The position numbers were made by a program, and so were the translations under genes. A DNA stretch of 53,339 bases from Kiritimatiellia bacterium (lineage in GTDB: Bacteria > Verrucomicrobiota > Kiritimatiellia > UBA8416 > JADHWI01), in NCBI GenBank assembly GCA_016783565.1, contig JADHWI010000012.1, positions 1 to 53,339 on the forward strand. Direction: 5' to 3'. Of this stretch, positions 1 through 9,773 are shown in pieces. Numbering within the stretch: the first letter of the stretch is position 1; the number at the start of each line of letters is the position of its first letter. Below the pieces are notes generated by a model. That model did no database searches and was not told the origin of the DNA. It saw only the letters and a list, made by a program, of their open reading frames with translations.

Positions 1-367
1 TGTTTTCGCCTGGAGCACACGCCTACAACCCCCGGGCCGTTAAGATTCACTACAGAGACCCAGCAGCACAACAACGAAAAGATCTCTCGGTTACGATAAC
101 GCTGGGCATGGCCGCAAAGGCGGCAGGTCCGTCCCTGGTTGTCATGACACCGCCAACGATGACGGCAAAACGGTCCGCTATGCGGCCCCATAACGCCAAA
201 CATTTTTGCGAAGCCACCCACCACTCGCCAACGCGTGAGCACAAGAAAATCAATCGACAAAAGGATAATGTCGAACGGCAGCCAAAGGATTCTCAGCATG
301 GCATTTTTCATGCGGCACCCCTCCCGACAGAAGCCTAAAAGACTCCCGTGCGTTACGGCAAGCATGC

Positions 368-416
368 TATAGGGGATTCACCTATGCGTCAATATTTTTA
401 TAGGGTTTTTACCTAT
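368..416. promoter_or_regulatory. Two tandem palindromic sites, TATAGGGGATTCACCTAT (368-385) and TATAGGGTTTTTACCTAT (399-416), each of the form ATAGG-N7-CCTAT, 31 bp apart
   Basis: Seen directly in the sequence, just downstream of the nadB stop. On the minus strand a TTGACG hexamer lies between the two sites. Confidence 0.35.
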
Positions 417-439
417 CAAAAAGCCAAGGCAGGAAAAAA

Positions 440-2101
440 TCAGTCTTTACGATAGCGGCCAGCGTCGTCGCGGATCAGGCTATCCGCAGAAGGCTCAGAT
501 GAAACCGCAGGGTAGTCCAGAGTATAGTGCAAACCGCGACTTTCCTTCCGCTGCTGGGCGCAACGCACAATCAACTCGGCAACCGCCGCAATATTACGCA
601 ATTCAAGAATGTCAGGCGTCACAAGGTAGTTCAGATAATATTCGCGAATCTCCGTACTCAAATTGTGTATGCGACGCATAGCGCGTTCCAGGCGCTTGTC
701 CGTTCTGACAATGCCCACATAATCCCACATACAGGTGCGCACCTCGTTCCAGTTATGCTCGACCACAATAGCTTCATCACTCGGCACTGCATCCCCAGGC
801 TCCCAGTCCGGCACGCTGACTTTCTTGTAGTCAGAAGCCGGCGGCAACTCAGCCAGGTGTCGAGCCAGTTCGTAGCCGCAGACGGCCGCCTCAAGCAACG
901 AGTTGCTGGCCAGACGGTTGGCTCCGTGCAACCCGGTACACGCCACCTCACCACAAGCAAACAAACCAGGCATTGCGGTAGAACCATTGATGGCCGCATC
1001 AATACCGCCACAAAAATAGTGTGCCGCAGGCACCACCGGAATAAGATCGCGCGCCATGTCGAAGCCAAATTGCCTGCACGTGTCATAGATTGTAGGAAAA
1101 CGCTCACGAATAAAGGTTTCACCGCGCTCGCGAATATCCAGGTAGACACAAGGTTCGCCGCGGCTCTTCATTTCGTGGTCAATCGCGCGTGCCACAATAT
1201 CACGCGAGGCCAAGGCACCCCGTTCATCATATTGATACATAAATTCAGAACCATCACCCAAAACCAACTTGGCCCCCTCACCACGAACGGCTTCGCTGAC
1301 AAGAAACGACTTGGCCTCGGGATGGAAAAGACAGGTAGGGTGAAATTGAATAAACTCCATGTTGCGTATGGGGACCCCCGCCCGCCAGGCAATGGCAACA
1401 CCATCCCCCGTCGCCACATCGGGATTACTCGTGTACAGGTAAACCTTGCCGCCACCACCTGTAGCCAGAATCACATAAGGAGAACGTACAGCCAGAATCT
1501 CGCCGGTATCGCAATCCAGCGCATACACTCCGGTCACACGATTACTTTCCGGATCAACATGCCCCAGCAGTGAATTGCGCGTCGACAACCTATCCAGCCA
1601 AGCCATAGTGATCAAGTCGATCACCAACGTGCGCTCACAAATGGTAATTCCCGGCGTCGCACGCACGCGCTCAAGCAGTCCACTTTGAATGTGCTTCCCG
1701 GTGATATCGCCGGAATGCAGAATGCGTCGTTTGGAGTGCCCACCCTCCTTGCCCAGGTCGTAGCGATCCGGCCCATCATGATACTCGGTGAAGGACACTC
1801 CAAAACGTTCAAGATCGGCAATGCGGTCAGGAGCCTTGGAAACGATACTCTCAACCACCTCAACGTCACACAGACCATCCCCTGCCCTGAGCGTGTCGGC
1901 GACATGCTTCTCGAAACTGTCGTCTTCCTTCATCACGCAGGCAATGCCGCCCTGTGCATAGCTCGTATTGGTCTCGCCGGCGTCCTTCTTAGTCAGAACG
2001 AGAACCTTTCCGCGCTCAGACAACTCCAGCGCGGCCGTCAGTCCGGCAATACCACTCCCCACCACTAAATAGTCACAATCAATAATCTTCATCTTCACCA
2101 T
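440..2101 (-). CDS. nadB: L-aspartate oxidase
   Basis: N-terminal Rossmann motif DYLVVGSGIAGL. FAD-oxidase/fumarate-reductase family blocks are conserved along the full length (RSPYVILATGG, HGANRLASNSLLE). Start could be 2101 (MVKMK) or 2092 (MKII). The ORF track extends to 2125. Confidence 0.88.
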   Translation of the reverse strand: MVKMKIIDCDYLVVGSGIAGLTAALELSERGKVLVLTKKDAGETNTSYAQGGIACVMKEDDSFEKHVADTLRAGDGLCDVEVVESIVSKAPDRIADLERFGVSFTEYHDGPDRYDLGKEGGHSKRRILHSGDITGKHIQSGLLERVRATPGITICERTLVIDLITMAWLDRLSTRNSLLGHVDPESNRVTGVYALDCDTGEILAVRSPYVILATGGGGKVYLYTSNPDVATGDGVAIAWRAGVPIRNMEFIQFHPTCLFHPEAKSFLVSEAVRGEGAKLVLGDGSEFMYQYDERGALASRDIVARAIDHEMKSRGEPCVYLDIRERGETFIRERFPTIYDTCRQFGFDMARDLIPVVPAAHYFCGGIDAAINGSTAMPGLFACGEVACTGLHGANRLASNSLLEAAVCGYELARHLAELPPASDYKKVSVPDWEPGDAVPSDEAIVVEHNWNEVRTCMWDYVGIVRTDKRLERAMRRIHNLSTEIREYYLNYLVTPDILELRNIAAVAELIVRCAQQRKESRGLHYTLDYPAVSSEPSADSLIRDDAGRYRKD

Positions 2102-2418
2102 GAACTGTGACGCTCCCCGCCACATCTGTCAACCTGGATCGACATGCCACACAGACTCAATCCGCACCCTGCAATCAAGCTGATAATGCGCTTCCTCCGA
2201 CCATTTTCTTCTGGCGCACGTACTGTGCACACATGAAAGAGCCATTAACAATCTTTGAAAACACTTGCCGATTCAACAGTCATCCGATTGAATATACAAA
2301 TATGTCTAATGAGGGGAGAACTTCCGGCGCATTACATGGGCGCCGAGGCTCCACAACCATGCAAAGAAAAACAACTATGCCGTGACGAAATCAACAAGTC
2401 ACGACAGAGGAGACAACG

Positions 2419-3975
2419 ATGACACGACCCGTAGCCTTGATCATACGTGATGGATGGGGAATTAACGAACGTGAAGAAGGCAATGCCGTCAAGGCGGCCC
2501 ATACCCCCAATGTCGACACCTTCAAAGCCACTTACCCATGGACCACGCTGCACTGTTCCGGCGAGCCTGTGGGTCTTCCAAACGGCTATCAGGGCTCCAG
2601 CGAAGTGGGACACCTTAACATGGGTGCCGGGCGTGTAGTTATCCAGGAACTCAAACGTATCGACGACGACTTGAGCAGCGGAGCCCTCTTCGAGGTGCAG
2701 CAATGGACCCGCCTCATGGACAACTGGAAACAGAACCGCAGCCGCCTGCATCTGCTCGGTCTGCTGCAGGATGAAGGTGTCCACGCGCACCAGGAACATC
2801 TCTTCAAAATCATGCGACGTGCTCGCCAGGAATTCCCCGAAGGGGAAATCGTTATCCACCCCTTCCTTGATGGCCGCGACACACCACCTCGAAGCTGCCA
2901 GGAATACCTCGCAAAGCTTGCACTCGTAATGGATGAAGTCGGCGGATGCCGCATTGGCACCGTCATGGGGCGCTACTACGCCATGGATCGCTCCCAGAAA
3001 TGGGATCTCACCGACACGGCATACCATTGCCTGGTCAACGCAGAAGGTCGAAGAGCCTCCAGTGCAGAGGCCGCCGTGGAAGAATCCTATACCTCCGACA
3101 AGACACCGGACAACGTCGAGATGGTGGACGAATACATCCCGCCTTATTGCATTGACGCGTTTGACGGCATTCGCGACGGAGACTCCGTGCTGCACACCAA
3201 CTATCGGCAGGATCGGGCTATCCAACTATCTCAGGCCTTTGCGGACGCCAACTATCCCGGCACTCTGACATCCCGCCCCACCATCGCCTACGCAGGACTA
3301 ACGCGTTATTACAATGACTTTCCTGCCTACCTGATCAGCCCGATGGATGAAGCCGGTGGAATGGAAAATCTTCTGGGCGAAGCCCTGGCTGCGGCAGGTA
3401 TTAAACAACTCCGCATTGCCGAAACACAGAAGTTCCGGCATGTCACCAGCTTCTTTAACGGTAAGTCGACCGTCCCGTATGACGGCGAAGAACAGGTGGA
3501 TGTCCCAAGCCGTTTCGACCCGGCACTGTTTGCCAGCCACCCCGAAATGGAAGCCTACAACGTAACCGATGAGTTGATCAAACGACTCGAAGACAACCCC
3601 TACGGATTCATTGCCGTCAACTACGCCAACGGAGATATGGTTGGGCATACCGGCAATTTCGAGGCCGCTCGCAAAGCCATAGGGATCGTTGATGAATGCC
3701 TTGGAAAGGTGGTTGCGCGCCTGCTTGAGTTGGATGCCCATATCCTAATCACTGCCGACCACGGCAATTCCGAAATGATGATCGATTACGAAACCGGCAT
3801 GACCAAAACCAGTCACACGCTCTGCCCCGTTGAGTGCATCTATGTGGCCAACGATGCGCCTGGAAAACGCATGCTTAAAGAGGGCAAACTCTCGGATATC
3901 GCACCCACCGTCCTCAAACTCCTGGGACAGCCCATTCCGGAAGAAATGACGGCGGAACCACTGATCCTGGACTGA
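2419..3975 (+). CDS. gpmI: 2,3-bisphosphoglycerate-independent phosphoglycerate mutase
   Basis: 518 aa. N-terminus MTRPVALIIRDGWG... with iPGM hallmark blocks (TLHCSGEPVGLPNGYQGSSEVGHLNMGAGR, ITADHGN). GAGGAG RBS upstream. Confidence 0.92.
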   Translation: MTRPVALIIRDGWGINEREEGNAVKAAHTPNVDTFKATYPWTTLHCSGEPVGLPNGYQGSSEVGHLNMGAGRVVIQELKRIDDDLSSGALFEVQQWTRLMDNWKQNRSRLHLLGLLQDEGVHAHQEHLFKIMRRARQEFPEGEIVIHPFLDGRDTPPRSCQEYLAKLALVMDEVGGCRIGTVMGRYYAMDRSQKWDLTDTAYHCLVNAEGRRASSAEAAVEESYTSDKTPDNVEMVDEYIPPYCIDAFDGIRDGDSVLHTNYRQDRAIQLSQAFADANYPGTLTSRPTIAYAGLTRYYNDFPAYLISPMDEAGGMENLLGEALAAAGIKQLRIAETQKFRHVTSFFNGKSTVPYDGEEQVDVPSRFDPALFASHPEMEAYNVTDELIKRLEDNPYGFIAVNYANGDMVGHTGNFEAARKAIGIVDECLGKVVARLLELDAHILITADHGNSEMMIDYETGMTKTSHTLCPVECIYVANDAPGKRMLKEGKLSDIAPTVLKLLGQPIPEEMTAEPLILD

Positions 3976-3983
3976 CAAACACT

Positions 3984-5207
3984 ATGAACGCACGGCACAA
4001 ACAGTTAAAAAAGCTGCTCTGTTTGTTCATCGCATTGAACATGACGGCACCGTGCCGTGCGTTACAGATATCGAACCGCTACAGCCCTCGCAACGCAGAA
4101 CGCCCCCGGCGCAAATCCACTCGATACATCATCCTGCACACCACAGAAGGTCCGACAAAAGGGTCCCTGGATAAGGTACGCAAGAATGGAGAATGCCACT
4201 ACTTTGTCACACCGGGAGGGCATGCCTACCGTATCATCGAACGCTCCCGCGTGGCATACCATGCAGGACGCAGTATGTGGGAAGGAAAAACCAACATCGA
4301 TCAATATGCACTCGGCATAGAAATCGTAGGTTTTCACAACAGAGATATCACTTCCAGTCAATACCGTGCCGTACAGGAATTGCTGGCTCAACTGCAACGC
4401 ATCTACCGCGTGCCGGACGAGCGAGTCATTCCGCACTCCATGGTCGCCTACGGGGCACCCAATCGCTGGCACCGGCATTCTCACAGAGGACGCAAACGAT
4501 GCGGAATGTGCTTCGCCAAGCCGGCAACACGCGCCAAGCTGGGTCTCACATCCCAACCCATGTTCGATCCGGATGTCAACGCAGGCAGACTTGTCGTGGC
4601 CGATCCGTTTCTCCAGAATGTTCTGTTTGGAAATATTCGCGAACGAGAAAACGCGCTCAAGCACTTTGACTCGCCTGATGCCACCGTCATCAGTGCCAGC
4701 CGAAGCGCCTGGGATATTGCACGCGACCAGTACCGAAGTGCGGAAACCCGATACGTTTTTCCTAACGGCACCATTAAACGAGGAAACCAAATCACAGACT
4801 GGAAAGCGATCCCCCCCGGAACCCGTGTCCTGCTGCACGGCGAAGAAAAAATTGCGCCCCATGCCGAAGAGTCCCCAGCCACCGCAGGTGATGCATTTAC
4901 TCTGAAGGTATCCGACAACAAGGCTCAATGGAGCAGCACAATCTATTTCCTGCCAGACAAACGCATTCGCAGAGGCGACGAACTCTCCGAGTCAGAGCTG
5001 GCGCATTTGCCAAAAGGCACGCGCATATTGACCGGCTATATCCAGGGCGGACGCATCACACAAAACCGCAGCGCTTTCGACATCTGCGGAGAGCAATGGA
5101 ACGATCACGACACAATCTACCGCTTGCCGGACGGAACATTCACCACTGGAAATCAGCTTAACGAAAACAGCATACCAGGCAACACACACGTTTTCTTCAA
5201 GGACTGA
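3984..5207 (+). CDS. N-acetylmuramoyl-L-alanine amidase (Amidase_2/PGRP domain), secreted, with an uncharacterised C-terminal domain
   Basis: N-terminal signal peptide. Amidase_2 block YIILHTTEG...YHAGRSMWEG...ALGIEIVGFH. Start lies 8 nt after the gpmI stop, so likely an operon. Confidence 0.72.
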   Translation: MNARHKQLKKLLCLFIALNMTAPCRALQISNRYSPRNAERPRRKSTRYIILHTTEGPTKGSLDKVRKNGECHYFVTPGGHAYRIIERSRVAYHAGRSMWEGKTNIDQYALGIEIVGFHNRDITSSQYRAVQELLAQLQRIYRVPDERVIPHSMVAYGAPNRWHRHSHRGRKRCGMCFAKPATRAKLGLTSQPMFDPDVNAGRLVVADPFLQNVLFGNIRERENALKHFDSPDATVISASRSAWDIARDQYRSAETRYVFPNGTIKRGNQITDWKAIPPGTRVLLHGEEKIAPHAEESPATAGDAFTLKVSDNKAQWSSTIYFLPDKRIRRGDELSESELAHLPKGTRILTGYIQGGRITQNRSAFDICGEQWNDHDTIYRLPDGTFTTGNQLNENSIPGNTHVFFKD

Positions 5208-5208
5208 T

Positions 5209-5742
5209 ATGGTACAAAAGGAATACATTGACCCCAACAAACTGCTCCGCGACAGCTTCCTTCTGGCGCGAAAGATCTACGATAGTGGCTATCGCCCCAC
5301 GGTCATCCTCGTACTCTGGCGAGGAGGCACACCAATCGGAATCGTGGTGCACGAGTTCCTCGCCTATAAAGGCCTTGAGACCTACCATACCGTGATCAAG
5401 GCCGAGTCGTATAAAGGCATCGAACAGCGCATTGAGCCCCACATCGAGAACCTGGACTGCATCGTGAATCAGATTCCGAAGGACGCTCACGTGCTTATCG
5501 TGGATGACATCTTCGACAGCGGGCAAACCACCCAGGCCGTACGCGACGCCCTTGCAGAAAAAACCAAAGAGGTACGCATCGCCACCCTGTATGTACGCAA
5601 GGGTCACCACACCAGCGCGCTGAAACCAGACTTCTACATCCGCGAGTTCGATCACTGGCTGGTCTTCCCACACGAATTATCCGGGTTGTCCCCCGAAGAG
5701 ATCGCGAACAAACAACCGGCTATCGGCGACATTGTTTTATGA
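5209..5742 (+). CDS. Phosphoribosyltransferase, Gpt/HPRT-like purine PRTase
   Basis: PRPP-binding motif VLIVDDIFDSGQT. C-terminal WLVFPHE resembles the Gpt WxVFPW motif. ATG sits 1 nt after the amidase stop (translationally coupled). Confidence 0.62.
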   Translation: MVQKEYIDPNKLLRDSFLLARKIYDSGYRPTVILVLWRGGTPIGIVVHEFLAYKGLETYHTVIKAESYKGIEQRIEPHIENLDCIVNQIPKDAHVLIVDDIFDSGQTTQAVRDALAEKTKEVRIATLYVRKGHHTSALKPDFYIREFDHWLVFPHELSGLSPEEIANKQPAIGDIVL

Positions 5743-5828
5743 CCACAAACGAACGCCCACTCGTCGGGCATACACTTTTGCGCATTGACAAAACCGCGCT
5801 GGATACTGACCCTAACGACGTGTAACGA

Positions 5829-5853
5829 TTCTTGACCCACTGAAGAGTGGTCA
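5829..5853 (+). promoter_or_regulatory. Hairpin TTGACCCACT-GAAG-AGTGGTCAA immediately upstream of the aroC RBS
   Basis: 9-bp stem with a one-base bulge, 20 nt before the aroC start. Preceded by a TTGACA...GATACT promoter-like pair at about 5786-5815. Confidence 0.3.
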
Positions 5854-5874
5854 AACGAAATGGAGTGCAACAAT

Positions 5875-6966
5875 ATGGCAAGTACATTAGGAACCATTTT
5901 CAACATAGCCACTTTCGGCGAATCACACTGCAAAGGCGTGGGCGTCGTTGTAGACGGATGCCCTGCGCGACTGGCATTGAATGAAAACGATATTCAACCG
6001 CAGCTTGATCGACGGCGCCCCGGGCAGAGCGACCTGACCACACCCCGCAACGAAGCCGATCAGGTCACGATCTACTCGGGCACGGAAAACGGCATGACAT
6101 TGGGGACCCCCATCATGTTGCTTATCAACAACCGCGATCAACGCCCCCATGACTATGGCGAAATGAAGGACATTCCCCGTCCCTCCCATGCCGACTACAC
6201 CTACCTTGCCAAATATGGCATCAAAGCATCAAGTGGTGGTGGACGGTCCAGCGCTCGTGAAACCATCGGACGCGTCGCAGCCGGCGCCGTAGCAGAGAAG
6301 TTACTGCGCGACCGCTTCGGCGTAGACATTGTGGCGTGGGTCAGCGCAGTGGGAGCCATCGAAGCCGCCCCAGCGACCGTGGACACGCTCACGCGAGAGC
6401 AGGTTGACGCAACACCGATTCGGTGCCCGGATGCCAGCACAGCGCAAAGAATGACGGACCTGGTCACCGAAGTGCGCGACGATGCCGATTCCGTTGGAGG
6501 CGTAGTCTCCTGCGTCTGCCGCAACGTACCAGCCGGATGGGGTGAACCGGTATTCGAAAAGCTTGAAGCGTATCTGGCCCAGGCCATGCTTTCCATTCCG
6601 GCAACCAAAGGATTCGAAATTGGATCCGGCTTCGCGGGCACAGCCATGCGTGGCTCCGAACATAACGATCGGTTCGAGCTCAAGGGGGATCGACTCGGAA
6701 CCAGCGCCAACAACAGCGGTGGTGTCCAGGGCGGCATCTCCAATGGAGAACCCATTGTCTTTCGGGTGGCATTCAAACCACCCGCCACCATCGGAAAAGC
6801 ACAACCCACAGTCAATTACGCAGGCGAAGAAGTCGTACTCGAAGCCAAAGGCCGACACGATCCGTGCGTCGTCCCGCGTGCCGTCCCCATTGTGGAGTCC
6901 ATGGCCGCCCTGGTTCTGGCCGACCTGGCCATGTGCCAGGAACGCAACCGGTGGGTTGAATCATAA
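5875..6966 (+). CDS. aroC: Chorismate synthase
   Basis: Conserved AroC blocks [52 protein letters not shown]. Start chosen at MASTLG. The ORF track begins at 5860. Confidence 0.9.
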   Translation: MASTLGTIFNIATFGESHCKGVGVVVDGCPARLALNENDIQPQLDRRRPGQSDLTTPRNEADQVTIYSGTENGMTLGTPIMLLINNRDQRPHDYGEMKDIPRPSHADYTYLAKYGIKASSGGGRSSARETIGRVAAGAVAEKLLRDRFGVDIVAWVSAVGAIEAAPATVDTLTREQVDATPIRCPDASTAQRMTDLVTEVRDDADSVGGVVSCVCRNVPAGWGEPVFEKLEAYLAQAMLSIPATKGFEIGSGFAGTAMRGSEHNDRFELKGDRLGTSANNSGGVQGGISNGEPIVFRVAFKPPATIGKAQPTVNYAGEEVVLEAKGRHDPCVVPRAVPIVESMAALVLADLAMCQERNRWVES

Positions 6967-7033
6967 AAACAAACGGATTTCCCTCACTCCGCTTATCACA
7001 ATAACCTGGCGACCAGTGCCACCCCATGCAAAC

Positions 7034-7057
7034 GCGGCTTCCCTTCGGGCAAGCCGC
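7034..7057. terminator. Stem-loop between the convergent aroC and bcp genes (GCGGCTTCCC-TTCG-GGCAAGCCGC)
   Basis: 10-bp stem with one mismatch and a TTCG tetraloop, lying between two stop codons. No strong U-tract on either side, so it may act as a bidirectional or intrinsic-like terminator. Confidence 0.4.
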
Positions 7058-7078
7058 CGCTGCATTTGCTGAATCGCA

Positions 7079-7543
7079 TTATTCTTGAATAGCCTTCTGT
7101 ACGTTCGGGACCGTGTCCTTCGGGCTGACCTTATACCACACATCCTGGATCATACCCTTCTCATCAACCAAAAATGCCGAACGAACAATCCCCATGTGCG
7201 TCTTTCCGTACATAGACTTCTCTCCCCATACGCCATACGCTTCTGCCATAACGTGTTCCGTATCACATAACAGGGGAAACCCAAGCGTATACTTATCATC
7301 AAATTTCTTCTGCGCCGAAGGCGTGTCAGGGCTCACCCCCACAGCGGCTACGCCGGCTGCATCCAAATCCGGCAATGCCTCACTCACAGCGCACGACTGA
7401 ATTGTGCAGCCCGGAGTATTTGCTTTAGGGTAAAAATAGATGAGCAACTTACGTCCCTTGAACCCTGCAAGCGTAACAAGCTCGCCATTCTGATCCACCA
7501 ACTCAAAAGCTGGTGCCGTAACTCCCGCAGTTAGCGTTGCCAT
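7079..7543 (-). CDS. bcp: Peroxiredoxin, Bcp-type thiol peroxidase
   Basis: 154 aa. AhpC/TSA fold with peroxidatic Cys in FYPKANTPGCT and a resolving Cys five residues downstream, as in Bcp. Confidence 0.85.
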   Translation of the reverse strand: MATLTAGVTAPAFELVDQNGELVTLAGFKGRKLLIYFYPKANTPGCTIQSCAVSEALPDLDAAGVAAVGVSPDTPSAQKKFDDKYTLGFPLLCDTEHVMAEAYGVWGEKSMYGKTHMGIVRSAFLVDEKGMIQDVWYKVSPKDTVPNVQKAIQE

Positions 7544-7745
7544 TTACTCATCCTCCATTTTGCACTACATCTACCTGGCTTGAGAATTCACATTAACTCT
7601 CACTATTCCTAGTTGTGCACAAATCCACAAATTGGAATCAATACATTTTAACTTCAAAATGATAGCCATATCGCTTATTATTCCTATTTGAAGGCTGGAA
7701 TGATCAACCGTAACTTCAGCTATTTGACATGACGAGAGCGAGGGA

Positions 7746-9752
7746 ATGCGTCACGTGAGCGCAAAACATATCCTAAATGGAACACTTGTCATCGCAGCCC
7801 TATGCCTCTCAGCAACGGCTCAATGGGAAGATCATGACTGCGAAGAATATGGGAACGAAGTCGATGTGTTCGAGTCGGATTCCGGAGTCGATATATACGG
7901 CGGGTTCAGCTCAGTCATCCTGAATTTTCATCGCGATCTTCTCGAGGAAACAACCAATACCGTCACGCACAATATTCGCGGACAGGAAATTGATGCATCC
8001 TCGCTTGATGAAGAGTTGACAGTGGAACTTTCCCTGACCGACAGCAGCCCATGGTATACTGAGGATAAATTCACATACCCGACAATCGATGGATGGACAC
8101 CGATCGAAACCGATCCACGCAAACTGATCAATGATGTTCCACTGCACGAACGCGTGCAATTTACGGATGTCTATCCCGGCATCAACTTCGGACATTACGA
8201 AGATCAGGAACAGTGGGAGTTCGATTTTGTCGCACGACCAGGGGCAGACTGGGAAAACATCGGCTTCTCACTACAGAGTACTGAACAACCCGGGGTAGAC
8301 CCATATGGGAACCTTGTCTTTTATTTAGAATGTGCAAAATTGGTCCTGCAACGGCCCGTGGTATATCAAGCTCCAGGATTTGATGCCGATGACGCAATTG
8401 ATACACCAGCGTTTGAAGGATTTCTCGGCAATTATGCTCCCCATGGATCGGGCTACCGCATCGACTACACACCACTGGAATCGACCGATCACAGAAAGCC
8501 CTACGCGGGATTGGAACTCCGCGAAACACCCGATTTACGAATTGTAACTGCCAGTCATGGAACCAACGGCCCCCCTTATGACTTTCACGTATCCACATAC
8601 GAAACCACAAATGGTGAGCTCGTCGATTTTCTGAACAGCGCCGAAGCCAATAGCACCAACCTGCTGGGCACCAACATGTTCTTTGATGCCTACGGCAACG
8701 TATGGATCAACCCTGAGATGCGAACACGACGCGACGAACTGTTCAGCGTAGCGGACAGTCGCCTCGTTTACGATCGTGACAAAGACGAGGGCGAACGATA
8801 CAGCATCACACCGCGCACCCCCAAATTTGGAGACTCCTACACCAACCACCCTGCCACCGGCATCTCGTGGTACGGTGCCGTAAAGTACTGCAACTGGTTG
8901 ACATTATCTACGGGGAGAGGAACAGACGAACTATGCTATCGCGAAGGCACCAACACCTGGGATTGGGCACCCGTGACCTGCGCGGAAACGAATTGGCTCG
9001 AGGGACGTTTCACCACGGCAGAACGCGCAGTCTGGCTTCATGTGGATGGTTTCCGCATGTTAATGGACAACAACCACTCCACCAATAGCCTGGCCAACAC
9101 ATTCAACGAATTCTACAAGGCTGCCTCGTGGTTGGGACGAACAAATGTCTTATATGGCTACGGCCGCGACGAGGTGATGCCAGGCGACGCTAACTTCCGA
9201 ATCTCACCCAACACAGCCAAACCAGACACATTCCCCGTAGGTTTCTTCGATGGCTCTGACCATGACGGACAATACCAAACGCATACCAATGAGAATCTGT
9301 ACGGCATCTACGACCTCAGTGGCAACGTTTCCGAATGGATCACGGACATCGGCATCACAAACTCATCTCTGACACGTGCTGAATACGGCGGTTCATGGAT
9401 GAAACTTCTCCCCTCTATAGAGACTCGCACCGTGACAAGACCCCACGAAACCAGCACAGCCCGCGGCTTCCGCGTAACCACAATGGAAAGCGGCGAAGAT
9501 ATGTTCATGGTCCGCATCCCCTACTACATCTGCTTGTGCGGATATCAGAAACGACCGGACAGAGAAGGCAAAAAAGAGAAGCCTGAAGATAAGCCGGAGG
9601 ACAAACGAGACTATAACATCCTAACCGTCGAAGGAGATCCTACCGATACAATCAGCGGCATTCTTCCAAAAGATGATGACCAAGGTGAAGATGACGATGA
9701 TGACGAACCCGGCGATATTGGCCCCGGAGAAGAGACCACTGTTGAGCCCTAA
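7746..9752 (+). CDS. Secreted FGE-sulfatase (SUMF1/formylglycine-generating-enzyme family) domain protein with an unknown ~380-aa N-terminal region and an acidic C-terminal tail
   Basis: Signal peptide. C-terminal half carries FGE-domain motifs GISWYGAVKYCNWL, LSGNVSEWITD, YGGSW, ARGFRV. The tail reads KKEKPEDKPEDK...DDDQGEDDDDDEPGD. Confidence 0.7.
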   Translation: MRHVSAKHILNGTLVIAALCLSATAQWEDHDCEEYGNEVDVFESDSGVDIYGGFSSVILNFHRDLLEETTNTVTHNIRGQEIDASSLDEELTVELSLTDSSPWYTEDKFTYPTIDGWTPIETDPRKLINDVPLHERVQFTDVYPGINFGHYEDQEQWEFDFVARPGADWENIGFSLQSTEQPGVDPYGNLVFYLECAKLVLQRPVVYQAPGFDADDAIDTPAFEGFLGNYAPHGSGYRIDYTPLESTDHRKPYAGLELRETPDLRIVTASHGTNGPPYDFHVSTYETTNGELVDFLNSAEANSTNLLGTNMFFDAYGNVWINPEMRTRRDELFSVADSRLVYDRDKDEGERYSITPRTPKFGDSYTNHPATGISWYGAVKYCNWLTLSTGRGTDELCYREGTNTWDWAPVTCAETNWLEGRFTTAERAVWLHVDGFRMLMDNNHSTNSLANTFNEFYKAASWLGRTNVLYGYGRDEVMPGDANFRISPNTAKPDTFPVGFFDGSDHDGQYQTHTNENLYGIYDLSGNVSEWITDIGITNSSLTRAEYGGSWMKLLPSIETRTVTRPHETSTARGFRVTTMESGEDMFMVRIPYYICLCGYQKRPDREGKKEKPEDKPEDKRDYNILTVEGDPTDTISGILPKDDDQGEDDDDDEPGDIGPGEETTVEP

Positions 9753-9773
9753 TACACGGAATTTTCTATTCAC

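Noticed and set aside
527-1573. 348-aa ORF on the plus strand inside nadB (other long antisense ORFs are similar: 2332-3225, 4062-4928, 6201-6858, 41341-41931, 42714-43322, 46365-46874, 51350-52144, 32456-33427)
   Set aside because: Each lies entirely antisense to a confidently identified conserved gene. Their products are low-complexity and Arg/Pro/Ser-rich with no recognisable domains. This is typical of spurious open frames in GC-rich DNA.
7544-7745. Repeated TATTCCTA octamers (about 7603 and 7680) in the divergent bcp/FGE promoter region as transcription-factor sites
   Set aside because: There are only two short copies in an AT-rich region. Chance occurrence is likely, and there is no palindromic structure.
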